Assembly: GCF_035285525.1 (NCBI RefSeq)
Contig: NZ_JAYKGW010000105.1
Location: 1-20,743, forward strand
Direction of reading: 5' to 3'
Length of the DNA: 20,743 nucleotides
From: Okeania sp.
GTDB taxonomy: Bacteria; Cyanobacteriota; Cyanobacteriia; Cyanobacteriales; Microcoleaceae
Every line of letters begins with the position of its first letter. Positions within the stretch are counted from its first letter, which is position 1. The notes under the pieces were generated by a model. The model did not search any database and had not been told where the DNA came from. It saw nothing but the letters and a program-made list of their open reading frames with translations. Below are positions 8,045 to 15,602 of the stretch, in pieces. The translations under genes and the position numbers were made by a program.

Positions 8045-8650
8045 ATGGTGTTTTCTGAGTTTATTGATGAGCCATTCTCACCTCTGACTGCTGGTGTGGA
8101 TGAAGTGGGACGTGGGGCATTATTTGGGCCAGTAGTGGCAGCAGCGGTCATTTTGCCACCGGAGGTTTGGGATGATTTGGCTAATAGCGGGGTAAAAGAT
8201 AGTAAAAAGCTGAGTGAAAAACGTCGGTGTCAGTTGGCTGCGAAAATTAGGAGGGTGGCTTGGGATTGTCAGATTGGCATTGCTTCTGTCCGAGAGATTG
8301 ACCGTTTGAATATTTTGCAAGCTTCTTTATTGGCGATGAAGCGGGCTATTTTAAAGCTGAAACCTCAGCCCGATATGGTTTTGATTGATGGGAATCAGGA
8401 GATTAGAGATTTATTTATTCCTCAAAGGACTATTGTTAGGGGGGATAGTCAGTGTTTGGCGATCGCTGCTGCTAGTATTGTGGCTAAGGTTTGGCGAGAT
8501 GCTTTGATTGTGCGTTTGGCGAAAAAATATCCGGTTTATGACTTGACTAATAATAAAGGTTATGGTACCAAAAAGCATAAACAAGGGATAGTCAGTTACG
8601 GGGTGTCGCCTCAACATCGTCTTTCGTTTTCTTTAGGGAGTAGGGAGTAG
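8045..8650 (+). CDS. rnhB: Ribonuclease HII
   Basis: The 201-aa ORF has AGGAGG (8033-8038) 6 nt upstream of ATG 8045. It starts 17 nt after the rne stop. It has the GVDEVGRGALFGPVVAAAV catalytic motif, DSKKL, LIDGN, and SIVAKVWRD. Confidence 0.95.
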   Translation: MVFSEFIDEPFSPLTAGVDEVGRGALFGPVVAAAVILPPEVWDDLANSGVKDSKKLSEKRRCQLAAKIRRVAWDCQIGIASVREIDRLNILQASLLAMKRAILKLKPQPDMVLIDGNQEIRDLFIPQRTIVRGDSQCLAIAAASIVAKVWRDALIVRLAKKYPVYDLTNNKGYGTKKHKQGIVSYGVSPQHRLSFSLGSRE

Positions 8651-8683
8651 GGAGTAGGTAGTAGGTAGTAGGGAGTAGGTAGT
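8635..8683. repeat. Heptanucleotide STRR-like array (7 units of AGGGAGT/AGGTAGT)
   Basis: The units are agggagt x3, aggtagt x2, agggagt, aggtagt. The array overlaps the last codons and the TAG stop (8648-8650) of rnhB. Confidence 0.9.
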
Positions 8684-8839
8684 AGTCTCCAAATAGGTAG
8701 TAGAGAGGTATGGAGGCAATGAATGGGCAATGGGTAAGACTTTTGAAGTTTATTTCTAGTTTTTGTGTTTAATTATAGCAATAAAAATTTTCCATAAATC
8801 AAGAAAATTATTGTAAAATATCAATAGTCTTTCTCTTGT

Positions 8840-9220
8840 TTATAAACGAAAATTTTTCACTGATTTTGATATCTGTGCTACTAAACCCAGCAAATTTTGG
8901 AAGGATTCATGTATTTGTTTTGTTACCTGTACTTGTGTGAGACTTTTATGGTGCAGAGTTTTAACAACTTCCGTGATTTTTTGTAGATTATTAATTTGAT
9001 TTTCTCCTAAAGAAGCAAAGTTATTTGTACAGTGATTAAATTTGTATACTTTCTGAAAAATTCCACCTAAACCTAGCTTAATTTCTCCTCCCAATTTTTT
9101 GGTCTGGGAATTTGCTAAAGCTATATTATTCTCAGGAATAGTCAGATTTAAACATTGAATCTTCAGTGGTAAATCTGACAACTTTTTCTTAACTAATACC
9201 CAATTTTTTTGATATAACAC
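8840..9220 (-). CDS. Hypothetical protein (126 aa), weak call
   Basis: The ORF has a GTG start at 9220, is K/N/Q/L-rich, and carries no recognisable motif. It is flanked by repeats, and a MITE begins 13 nt upstream of its start. It could be a chance ORF in A+T-rich DNA. Confidence 0.3.
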   Translation of the reverse strand: MLYQKNWVLVKKKLSDLPLKIQCLNLTIPENNIALANSQTKKLGGEIKLGLGGIFQKVYKFNHCTNNFASLGENQINNLQKITEVVKTLHHKSLTQVQVTKQIHESFQNLLGLVAQISKSVKNFRL

Positions 9221-9232
9221 CTATACTAATTC

Positions 9233-9332
9233 AAGACTTACGCAGAAACCGGATTTATGAACGAAATTTGGTGGCTTAAACAACAATATTACTGCAATAA
9301 ACCGGGTTTATTGGTCGCTTTGCGTAAGTCCT
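9233..9332. mobile_element. MITE-like element, GGACTTACGCA-TIR family (100 bp)
   Basis: The left TIR is aagacttacgca (9233-9244) and the right TIR is tgcgtaagtcct (9321-9332). There is no ORF. The interior carries the gaaaccgg(a/g)ttt motif shared with other copies. Confidence 0.8.
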
Positions 9333-9349
9333 ATAATTAATAGTTAACA

Positions 9350-9489
9350 TATAGCAATCCTATTTTATTAGTCTCAAAAATATTACTGCTTTTTAGGGAA
9401 GACTTAACTGAGAACAGGGAACAGGTGTGAATTTCAGTTTTTTTTATTTACTTTTTGATTTGTCACAACCTATTTAAGATTGCTAATTA
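9350..9489 (+). repeat. Dispersed copy of the promoter-like/T-run cassette seen at 281-460
   Basis: It contains tatagcaatcctatttt (9350-9366). A stem ACTGAGA (9407-9413) pairs with TTTCAGT (9432-9438, including one G-U pair) and runs into T8 (9438-9445). The ttgtcacaacctatttaagattgctaatta module follows at 9459-9489. Confidence 0.6.
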
Positions 9490-9768
9490 GGGTTTGCTGA
9501 TTTATCGGGAACCGTAAAAGTCTTTTAGTAGCAGGGAGAAGCCAGAATCCAGCAATCCTGCAATCCAGAAGGAATAAGAATTACAGAAGAGGTAGTTAGA
9601 AGAATTATCCCTTGATTTACGGTTCCCGAAAAATCGGCTAATTATGGCTAGAAAATCCTAGATTTTTTTAGCTTTCCAGACTGAAAAGCTGATACTTTTG
9701 ACCTACCTAAAAATGCTAAAAGGTTTATCTGTAAAGACTTTCATCAATAATTCAGCAAGCCCTAATTA
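9484..9768. mobile_element. Composite/nested inverted-repeat element
   Basis: The outer IR is taattagggtttgctga (9484-9500) against tcagcaagccctaatta (9752-9768), matching at 16 of 17 positions. The inner IR is tcgggaaccgtaaa (9505-9518) against tttacggttcccga (9616-9629). There is no ORF. Related half-sites occur at 11145-11159 (tatcgggaaccgta) and 12122-12140 (ttggcaaaccctaattagg). Confidence 0.7.
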
Positions 9769-9919
9769 TTAGGTCAGTAAGAAATGCTGTTAACTGAAAT
9801 CACCGAATATTCAAGGAGGGATAATACCATATCAGAAAAACACAAATCTTACCTAGATTTTGTTACATTCAATATGTGGGTTTTAAAGAGTTAAAAATTA
9901 GTTTTAAGAGGATAAATTT

Positions 9920-11032
9920 ATGAATGGATCTTTTCGAGTAGGAAACTTATTTGGTATACCATTTTTCATTAACTCATCCTGGTTTCTAGTCTTAGGTCTT
10001 CTGACTTTAAATTATGGGGATAACTTAGCAACACAGTTTCCCCAAGAATTGAATGGAATTTTACCTTGGGTACTAGGATTAATAACAGCATTATTGTTAT
10101 TTTCCTCTGTCTTAGCTCACGAGTTAGGACATAGTTTTGTTGCTATATCTCAAGGAATAGAAGTAAAGTCAATTACCTTATTTTTATTTGGAGGTTTAGC
10201 TAGTTTAGATAGAGAATCAAAAACACCAGCAGAAGCATTTTGGGTAGCAATTGCTGGTCCTTTAGTTAGTCTAATATTATTCATTTTATTCGCAGCAATT
10301 AATTTTTCTATAGGTATTAGCGGACCAATAGCATCAATTATTCAACTGTTAGCTTATATCAACTTAGCTTTAGCATTATTCAACCTAATTCCTGGTCTAC
10401 CTCTTGATGGTGGTAATATCCTTAAATCTATTGTTTGGAAAATTACTAATAACCCTTATAAAGGAATTATTTTTGCTAGTCGAGTAGGTCAAGTATTTGG
10501 TTGGTTAGCTATAATTTCTGGTTTAATTCCGACTGTTTTATTTAGTATTTTTCCTAATTTTTGGAATATTCTGATTGGTTTATTTCTTCTACAAAATGCT
10601 AGTCGTTCTGCTCAATATGGAGAAATTCAAGGTACTCTGGCGAGTTTAACTGCTCTAGATGCTATTGTTACTAATAATCCAATTGTGTCAGAAAATCTAT
10701 CTTTACGAGAATTTGTGAATGAATTTGTGATTGGAAAAGAAGCTAGAAAAGAATTTTTAGTTACAAATGAAACTGGGCAGTTATTAGGAAAAATTAATGT
10801 TGATGATTTAAAAATAATTAATACTTCAGAATGGCCTATAGTTCAAGTGAAAGAATTGATGAAACCTGTGACGAAAATGGAGGTTGTCACAGCTAAAACT
10901 CCCTTATTAGAAGTAGTTTCTTTGTTTGAGCAAAAGCAAATCAATGAGCTAACTGTTATTGGGGAAAATAGTGCTTTAGTTGGGTTAATTGATAAATCTT
11001 CAATTAAGGGTTTGTTAGAAAAAAAATCGTAA
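9920..11032 (+). CDS. Site-2 protease family (M50) zinc metalloprotease with C-terminal CBS domain pair
   Basis: The 370-aa ORF carries the HELGH (HExxH) motif within a TM helix and the second M50 motif NLIPGLPLDGG. It has multiple hydrophobic helices, and the C-terminal ~130 aa has CBS-like periodicity. A purine-rich aagagga sits 7 nt upstream of the ATG. Confidence 0.9.
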   Translation: MNGSFRVGNLFGIPFFINSSWFLVLGLLTLNYGDNLATQFPQELNGILPWVLGLITALLLFSSVLAHELGHSFVAISQGIEVKSITLFLFGGLASLDRESKTPAEAFWVAIAGPLVSLILFILFAAINFSIGISGPIASIIQLLAYINLALALFNLIPGLPLDGGNILKSIVWKITNNPYKGIIFASRVGQVFGWLAIISGLIPTVLFSIFPNFWNILIGLFLLQNASRSAQYGEIQGTLASLTALDAIVTNNPIVSENLSLREFVNEFVIGKEARKEFLVTNETGQLLGKINVDDLKIINTSEWPIVQVKELMKPVTKMEVVTAKTPLLEVVSLFEQKQINELTVIGENSALVGLIDKSSIKGLLEKKS

Positions 11033-11124
11033 GAATTAAAAATTAAGAATTTAGAATTGAACTAACTATTTCAAACCCTCTAAAAACTATCAGTTTAAGT
11101 AGGTTTAATTAAGAAATATTCAAT

Positions 11125-11168
11125 GTAGGGGTTTGGTCTCCAATTTATCGGGAACCGTACCCTCTACA
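11125..11168. repeat. SDR hairpin between convergent genes
   Basis: The sequence is gtaggggtttggtctccaatttatcgggaaccgtaccctctac, with complementary ends (gtagggg / ccctctac). The same gtaggggtttgg family recurs at 13169-13224 and, in reverse orientation, at 4366-4392. Confidence 0.6.
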
Positions 11169-11172
11169 AAAA

Positions 11173-11978
11173 CTAAACCAATTCTCCATGACCAGTAATA
11201 ACAAGTTCTGATGGTGCTGCACCATGAAGTTTGTCAAGTTTATTATCATCAAGACTAAGTGTTGTACCATCAAAAACAACCTCTCCATTTCTGAGGGCAA
11301 CAGTCCGCTCAGAATAGCGACGTACCATTTGAACTTGATGTAGAGAAGTAACAATAATAATGCCATTTTCCCGATTAAGTTCGTATAATAATTCCATTAT
11401 TTTACGAGCAGATTCTGGATATAAAGAAGCAATAGGTTCATCTGCTAAAATAACTTTGGCTGTCTGTACTAAACAACGGGCGATCGCTACTTTTTGTTGT
11501 TGTCCTCCAGAAAGTTGAGAAGCTCTTTTCTTTGATAAGCTTGGTCTAAAATTCCTACTCTTTCTAATGCAGCAAGTGCTGGTATTTTTTGTTCTTTTGT
11601 AAATAGACGCAGTGTAGAATTTACTAGAGACATTAGCCCTAAGTTTTCCACTAAGATATTTTCAATAACTGTTAGTCGTTTAACTAAATTAAATTGCTGA
11701 AAAATACAGCCTATTTGACAACGTAATTTTCTAATATTTGAGTGAAAGTTATTATCCTTTTGTAATATTGTGCCAAATACATAAACTGTACTTTTATCTC
11801 CTTTTTCTAAACCATTAATGTGTCGTAGTAAGGTAGATTTTCCCGAACCAGAAGCACCAACTATAGCAATCATTTCTCCTACTTCAATATTCATATTAAT
11901 TTGTACTAGATATGGTTTACCTTGAAAACTTTTATCTAGATTTTTAACTTCTATAGCTTTGTATTTAGATATTTTTAT
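11173..11978 (-). pseudogene. phnC: Phosphonate-type ABC transporter ATP-binding protein (PhnC-like), disrupted
   Basis: The N-terminal frame carries IEVKNLDKSFQGK and Walker A GASGSGKST, and stops at 11487-11489. The signature LSGGQQQKVAIARCL, Walker B ILADEP and the C-terminus (SLHQVQMVRRYSERTVALRNGEVVFDG) continue in another frame down to 11173. The frame change lies in the a/g-run around 11520-11535. The frame is open up to a TAA at 11979-11981, but there is no ATG, GTG or TTG upstream of the internal ATG at 11894. No phnD or phnE gene is adjacent. Confidence 0.8.
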
Positions 11979-12283
11979 TTAATAGGATAAATTGAGTTAC
12001 CAAATTTTACAATTTTTTGGTTAACTTATGGTTATCTTTAAGTTAAAAGAAAGAAGATGAAAGAAGGAAGAGGGAGGAAGGAAAGTATAGTATCAATTTT
12101 GATAAAAGTTTTGATATTTAATTGGCAAACCCTAATTAGGTTTTGTCAAATTTTTTATAATCTTTTATAACCGAATTTGGTATTATTACTAAACTCCTTT
12201 CACTTTCAGGAGCCTAACTGCAAAAATAACTATATATAGCAAAGTTTATGGTAATTAGTATTAGTCAACTACAAGTTTTGCTC

Positions 12284-12311
12284 ATAACTGATAAATGATA
12301 ACTGATAACTG
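12284..12311. repeat. Heptanucleotide array (ataactg/ataaatg, 4 units)
   Basis: The units are ataactg ataaatg ataactg ataactg. The array lies immediately 3' of the stop codon (12315-12317) of the minus-strand DUF218 gene. Confidence 0.75.
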
Positions 12312-12314
12312 ATT

Positions 12315-13109
12315 TTACAGCCAACCCCGCAGACGATAGACCATCATACCTATATATTCTTTTAAAGCCTTAGTCGAATTTTGTAGATTAGCAGCATCAG
12401 GAATAATATTTAATAGAATACCTTGCCAACTATCTGTTTTTTCCTGTAAGTCTCTTTCTGTAACTATAAAATCTGTTGGTGCTGGAATTACGGATATTTT
12501 CTGCTTTTCAAAGATCGAGATAGAACGGGGAGTATGCAGTGCTGAAGTTACTAACAATACAGAACCTTTTATTTCTTTTGTGTCTAAAATTTGTTTAACA
12601 TTAACAGCATTTTGATAAGTATTTAAAGAATCAGTATCTTGTAAAATTGCTTTTTTAGGTACTCCCATAGACTCTGCTATTTCTGCCATATCTTTAGACT
12701 CAGGATTTCCTCCATCTTTCCAATTAATTCTACCTCCACTTAATATTAGAAAAGGTGCTTTACCTTGTTGATATAATCTGATTCCATACAAAATTCTATC
12801 TCCTGCTTCACTAAAATCTACCCAGGGGCGGGGAGAATTAGCTGGTTTAATTCCACCACCTAAAACTACTATTGCTTCTGCCGAAGGTAACTCTTTTGGT
12901 GGTAAATTTTGCCATTCCAAAGATTTAATCAATTCTTGAGAAACCCAAGAATTACTAAATACAAGTGTCACTGTGAAGGCTAGAAAAATTGCTAATGCAG
13001 ACCATTTGGGATACCACCATAATAAAACAAAAGCTATCAACATTAGTAAGCAAGATATTCCTAATGGATAGATAAATAAAGGGAGTAATTTAGAAAGAAA
13101 TAAAAACAT
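12315..13109 (-). CDS. DUF218 / YdcF-ElyC-like domain protein with N-terminal TM helices
   Basis: The 264-aa ORF has two N-terminal hydrophobic helices. It also has the DUF218-type blocks AIVVLGGGI, FLILSGG and LLVTSALHTPRS. Confidence 0.85.
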   Translation of the reverse strand: MFLFLSKLLPLFIYPLGISCLLMLIAFVLLWWYPKWSALAIFLAFTVTLVFSNSWVSQELIKSLEWQNLPPKELPSAEAIVVLGGGIKPANSPRPWVDFSEAGDRILYGIRLYQQGKAPFLILSGGRINWKDGGNPESKDMAEIAESMGVPKKAILQDTDSLNTYQNAVNVKQILDTKEIKGSVLLVTSALHTPRSISIFEKQKISVIPAPTDFIVTERDLQEKTDSWQGILLNIIPDAANLQNSTKALKEYIGMMVYRLRGWL

Positions 13110-13131
13110 TATTAGTTGAGTAATTTAGTTA

Positions 13132-13159
13132 AGTATAGTAATCCTAAATAGGTTGTAAG
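13132..13159 (-). promoter_or_regulatory. Promoter-like module upstream of the DUF218 gene
   Basis: The minus strand reads cTTACAAcctatttaggattacTATACTt. The -10-like TATACT (13137-13132) lies 23-28 nt upstream of the ATG at 13109. It belongs to the same acaacctat..a..att.cta family as 308-337, 427-457 and 9459-9489. Confidence 0.4.
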
Positions 13160-13168
13160 ATTTGCTGG

Positions 13169-13224
13169 TAGGGGTTTGGATATCAAACCCCTTATTCCTG
13201 GGGTTTTGAGACCAAACCTCTACA
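13169..13224. repeat. SDR with terminal inverted repeats (gtaggggtttgg family)
   Basis: The ends are gtaggggtttgg (13169-13180) and ccaaacctctac (13213-13224). An inner perfect hairpin is formed by GGGGTTTG (13172-13179) and CAAACCCC (13185-13192). Confidence 0.75.
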
Positions 13225-13276
13225 GTTTTATCTTACCAATTATCCATTATTGAAGAATGATTTATTATGGCTATAA

Positions 13277-13621
13277 TTAATATTTTTTTCTAGACTTTGA
13301 GGGTATTTGATTTTGTCTGAAGAACCAATTCAATACAGAAACACCACTACGTTCTTTAGGTATTTTAGGCCATGTTTTAATTGCTGAAATTGGTTTGGAT
13401 GGTTGGGGAGAATCTACAGGTTCAGCATCTGGTTTTTCTGGAATTTCTGGTCTTGATTCTATTTGCGACCACAACCCTAATAATCCAGCCGAAATTCCTC
13501 CAATCACACCAAATATAACACTTAATTTTATTGTATATTCTAGTAAACTAAAACTAATACTGAAAAATAGAATAGCTACTATTCCAGCGATTAATCCTGT
13601 TGATATTGATGATTTATCCAT
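13277..13621 (-). CDS. Small membrane protein (114 aa), hypothetical
   Basis: It has an ATG start and two predicted hydrophobic helices (GLIAGIVAILFFSISFSLL and SVIFGVIGGISAGLLGLW). A P/E/K-rich tail follows. I recognise no family. Confidence 0.6.
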   Translation of the reverse strand: MDKSSISTGLIAGIVAILFFSISFSLLEYTIKLSVIFGVIGGISAGLLGLWSQIESRPEIPEKPDAEPVDSPQPSKPISAIKTWPKIPKERSGVSVLNWFFRQNQIPSKSRKKY

Positions 13622-13721
13622 ATTTTTTTATAGTTATTAAAAACAATAATTTTCTCTGATTTGACTAATATGATTATTAGTATATAACCATAAGAAATCA
13701 TTTGTGAGAAAAAACTAAAAT

Positions 13722-13751
13722 CTGACGATATATTTAGGATTGCTATATAAT
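13722..13751 (+). promoter_or_regulatory. Candidate sigma70-type promoter for the protease gene
   Basis: A perfect TATAAT lies at 13746-13751 and is preceded by tatttaggattgc (the same module family). A -35-like cTGACGa sits 17-18 nt upstream. The module is ~160 nt upstream of ATG 13913. Confidence 0.4.
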
Positions 13752-13912
13752 AAATGGCATTGCATAGATGCGACATAATTTTAATAGTTTTGTGTATGGG
13801 GGATCTTGCCCGTTGATTATATGTTTGCACAGACAGGATGCCCATCCCACTTATATTCATCCCTGAATTTAGCAACACCTAATAAATTGTACTTCAGTTG
13901 AGGAAATATTTA

Positions 13913-15433
13913 ATGGTAGCAGTTTCCAGTAATAACCGCAACGATACAAGATTTATCGTCCCCTCTGATGAATTTACCGGAGTTGTTCAACTTGAAAATA
14001 CGAGTAGGAGAGAACTTTGCACGGGAACACTGCTAGCTGGTGATGGTTTTCATATTCTAACGGCTGCCCATTGCTTTAATAATCAGGATGATTCGGCTAA
14101 CTTAAATCCTAATCCTAGTAACTATCAAGTTTCTTTTGAACGAGCTGATGGCAGTTTGGAGGAAAGAAGTGTCAAAGAAATTTTCATTCATCCTGATTGG
14201 ACTTCTGATTCATTCAGTAATAACGATATTGCTATTGTTAAATTATTAGATAAAGCACCAAATTTTGCCGAGGGTTACGAAATTTACCGTGATTCTGATG
14301 AGGTTAATCAAACTTTTACCCGTGTAGGTTACGGTAACTCTGGAACAGGTGCAAACGGTGAAAATAATTTCGGTTTATCTACCAAGCGCTTTGGCAATAA
14401 CGTTTATGATGCTTTAGCTGATATTTTTGCTGAGTCTCCTGTTAGATTTACAACTATTCCCAAAGGTACTCAACTTGCTTTCGACTTTGATAGTGGGAAA
14501 CCAGAAAATGATGCTTTTGGTCAACAATATGGTTTGGAACAGTTGGGAGTAGAACTAGAAGTAAATTCTACTTCTGGAGATTCAGGAGGTCCGGCGTTTA
14601 TTGATGGCAAAATAGCTGGCATCACATCTTATGGTTTTTCTCCGGGAACAGGAGATATAGATGTAGATGATATTACCAATGCTAGTTTTGGAGAATACAG
14701 TGTTGATACCAGGATTTCTGCTTATGCTAGCTTCATTGATGAAATTCTGAACCTACCAAAGAAAATTCAAGGAACTAGGGGTAATGATACTTTGAATGGT
14801 ACTGATCACAATGATACTATTAGTGGAGGTCGTGGTAAAGACAAACTTGTGGGAGCTTCAGGTAGAGATATTTTAAGAGGTGGTAGTGGTAATGACACTT
14901 TGTTCGGGGGAAGAGGTAATGATCGCCTCAATGGTAATGCTGGCAATGATAAACTGACAGGGGGCGCAGGTAGGGATACCCTTCATGGTGGTTCTGGTAA
15001 GGATAGACTTACAGGTGGTACAGGTAGCGATCGCCTCAATGGTAATGCTGGCAATGATACACTTACTGGAGGTGGGAGTTTTGACAATTTTATCTTTAAT
15101 ACTAATAATAAATTTCAAAGTAAGGATATCGGTATAGACGAAATTACAGATTTTTCCCAAACCCAAGGAGACATTATGATTTTAGACTTGGAAACTTTTA
15201 CTGCTATTAATAGTGACTCTGGAACTGGGTTCAATATTGGAGATGAGTTTGCCACAGTTAGGAATGACCGACAAGCAGCAACTTCTGATGCAGTTATTGT
15301 CTATAATAGGAACAATGGTAATTTGTTCTATAATCCTAATGGTAGCGCAGCGGGTTTTGGCAGTGGCGCTCAGTTTGCGACTTTGATAAATACTCCATCT
15401 TTAATAGCAGAAGATTTCTTTCTGAGAAGTTAG
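13913..15433 (+). CDS. Trypsin-like (S1) serine protease fused to RTX calcium-binding repeats
   Basis: I prefer ATG 13913 (GAGGA 13900-13904 upstream) over the in-frame TTG 13898. The catalytic triad contexts are LTAAHC (His), NDIAIVKL (Asp) and GDSGGP (Ser). About 11 GGxGxD-type nonapeptides follow (GNDTLNG...GGRGKDKL...GGSGNDTL...). The C-terminus has the shape typical of cyanobacterial RTX proteins ([24 protein letters not shown]). No N-terminal signal peptide is apparent. Confidence 0.9.
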   Translation: MVAVSSNNRNDTRFIVPSDEFTGVVQLENTSRRELCTGTLLAGDGFHILTAAHCFNNQDDSANLNPNPSNYQVSFERADGSLEERSVKEIFIHPDWTSDSFSNNDIAIVKLLDKAPNFAEGYEIYRDSDEVNQTFTRVGYGNSGTGANGENNFGLSTKRFGNNVYDALADIFAESPVRFTTIPKGTQLAFDFDSGKPENDAFGQQYGLEQLGVELEVNSTSGDSGGPAFIDGKIAGITSYGFSPGTGDIDVDDITNASFGEYSVDTRISAYASFIDEILNLPKKIQGTRGNDTLNGTDHNDTISGGRGKDKLVGASGRDILRGGSGNDTLFGGRGNDRLNGNAGNDKLTGGAGRDTLHGGSGKDRLTGGTGSDRLNGNAGNDTLTGGGSFDNFIFNTNNKFQSKDIGIDEITDFSQTQGDIMILDLETFTAINSDSGTGFNIGDEFATVRNDRQAATSDAVIVYNRNNGNLFYNPNGSAAGFGSGAQFATLINTPSLIAEDFFLRS

Positions 15434-15477
15434 TGATGCAATAAGTGGATGTGAACTCAGAAACCAGACGTGAACTC

Positions 15478-15514
15478 AGAAACCCGGTTTCTTGAAGAAA
15501 CCGGGTTTCTTTTT
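15478..15514 (+). terminator. Intrinsic terminator downstream of the protease gene
   Basis: agaaacccggtttct (15478-15492) and agaaaccgggtttct (15496-15510) are exact reverse complements. They form a 15-bp stem with a 3-nt loop, followed by TTTT (15511-15514). Confidence 0.65.
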
Positions 15515-15593
15515 GAGTGAAGAAACCGAGTTTCTTTTTGAGTGAAGAAACCGGGTTTCTTTTTGAGTGAAGAAACCGGGTTGCTTTTTGAAG
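15494..15593. repeat. Tandem repeat, 4 x 25 bp (gaagaaaccgggtttctttttgagt)
   Basis: The units are at 15494-15518, 15519-15543, 15544-15568 and 15569-15593, with 1-3 substitutions each. A 19-bp duplication gtgaactcagaaacc... precedes them (15451, 15470). The core gaaaccgggtttc is shared with the MITEs at 9233 and 20452. Confidence 0.9.
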
Positions 15594-15602
15594 GTAAAGC
15601 GA

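Noticed and set aside
8120-8617. Minus-strand ORFs of 66 and 68 aa
   Set aside because: They are antisense to the strongly supported rnhB CDS.
11145-11366. 73-aa minus-strand ORF
   Set aside because: It is an alternative frame inside the PhnC-like C-terminal region. The other frame carries the conserved ABC sequence.
12045-12085. 41-nt polypurine tract (one T at 12058)
   Set aside because: It is probably another member of the CT/GA-rich dispersed repeat class. I can support no specific function.
13395-13878. ORFs 13395-13640 (+) and 13591-13878 (-)
   Set aside because: The first is antisense to the membrane-protein CDS. The second lies in an A+T-rich divergent promoter region and is low-complexity.
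14873-15166. 97-aa minus-strand ORF
   Set aside because: It is antisense to the RTX nonapeptide repeats. Repeat periodicity keeps the opposite frame open.
15494-15593. CRISPR-like array
   Set aside because: The units are directly abutting 25-bp repeats with no spacers, and no cas genes are present. It is a simple tandem repeat.
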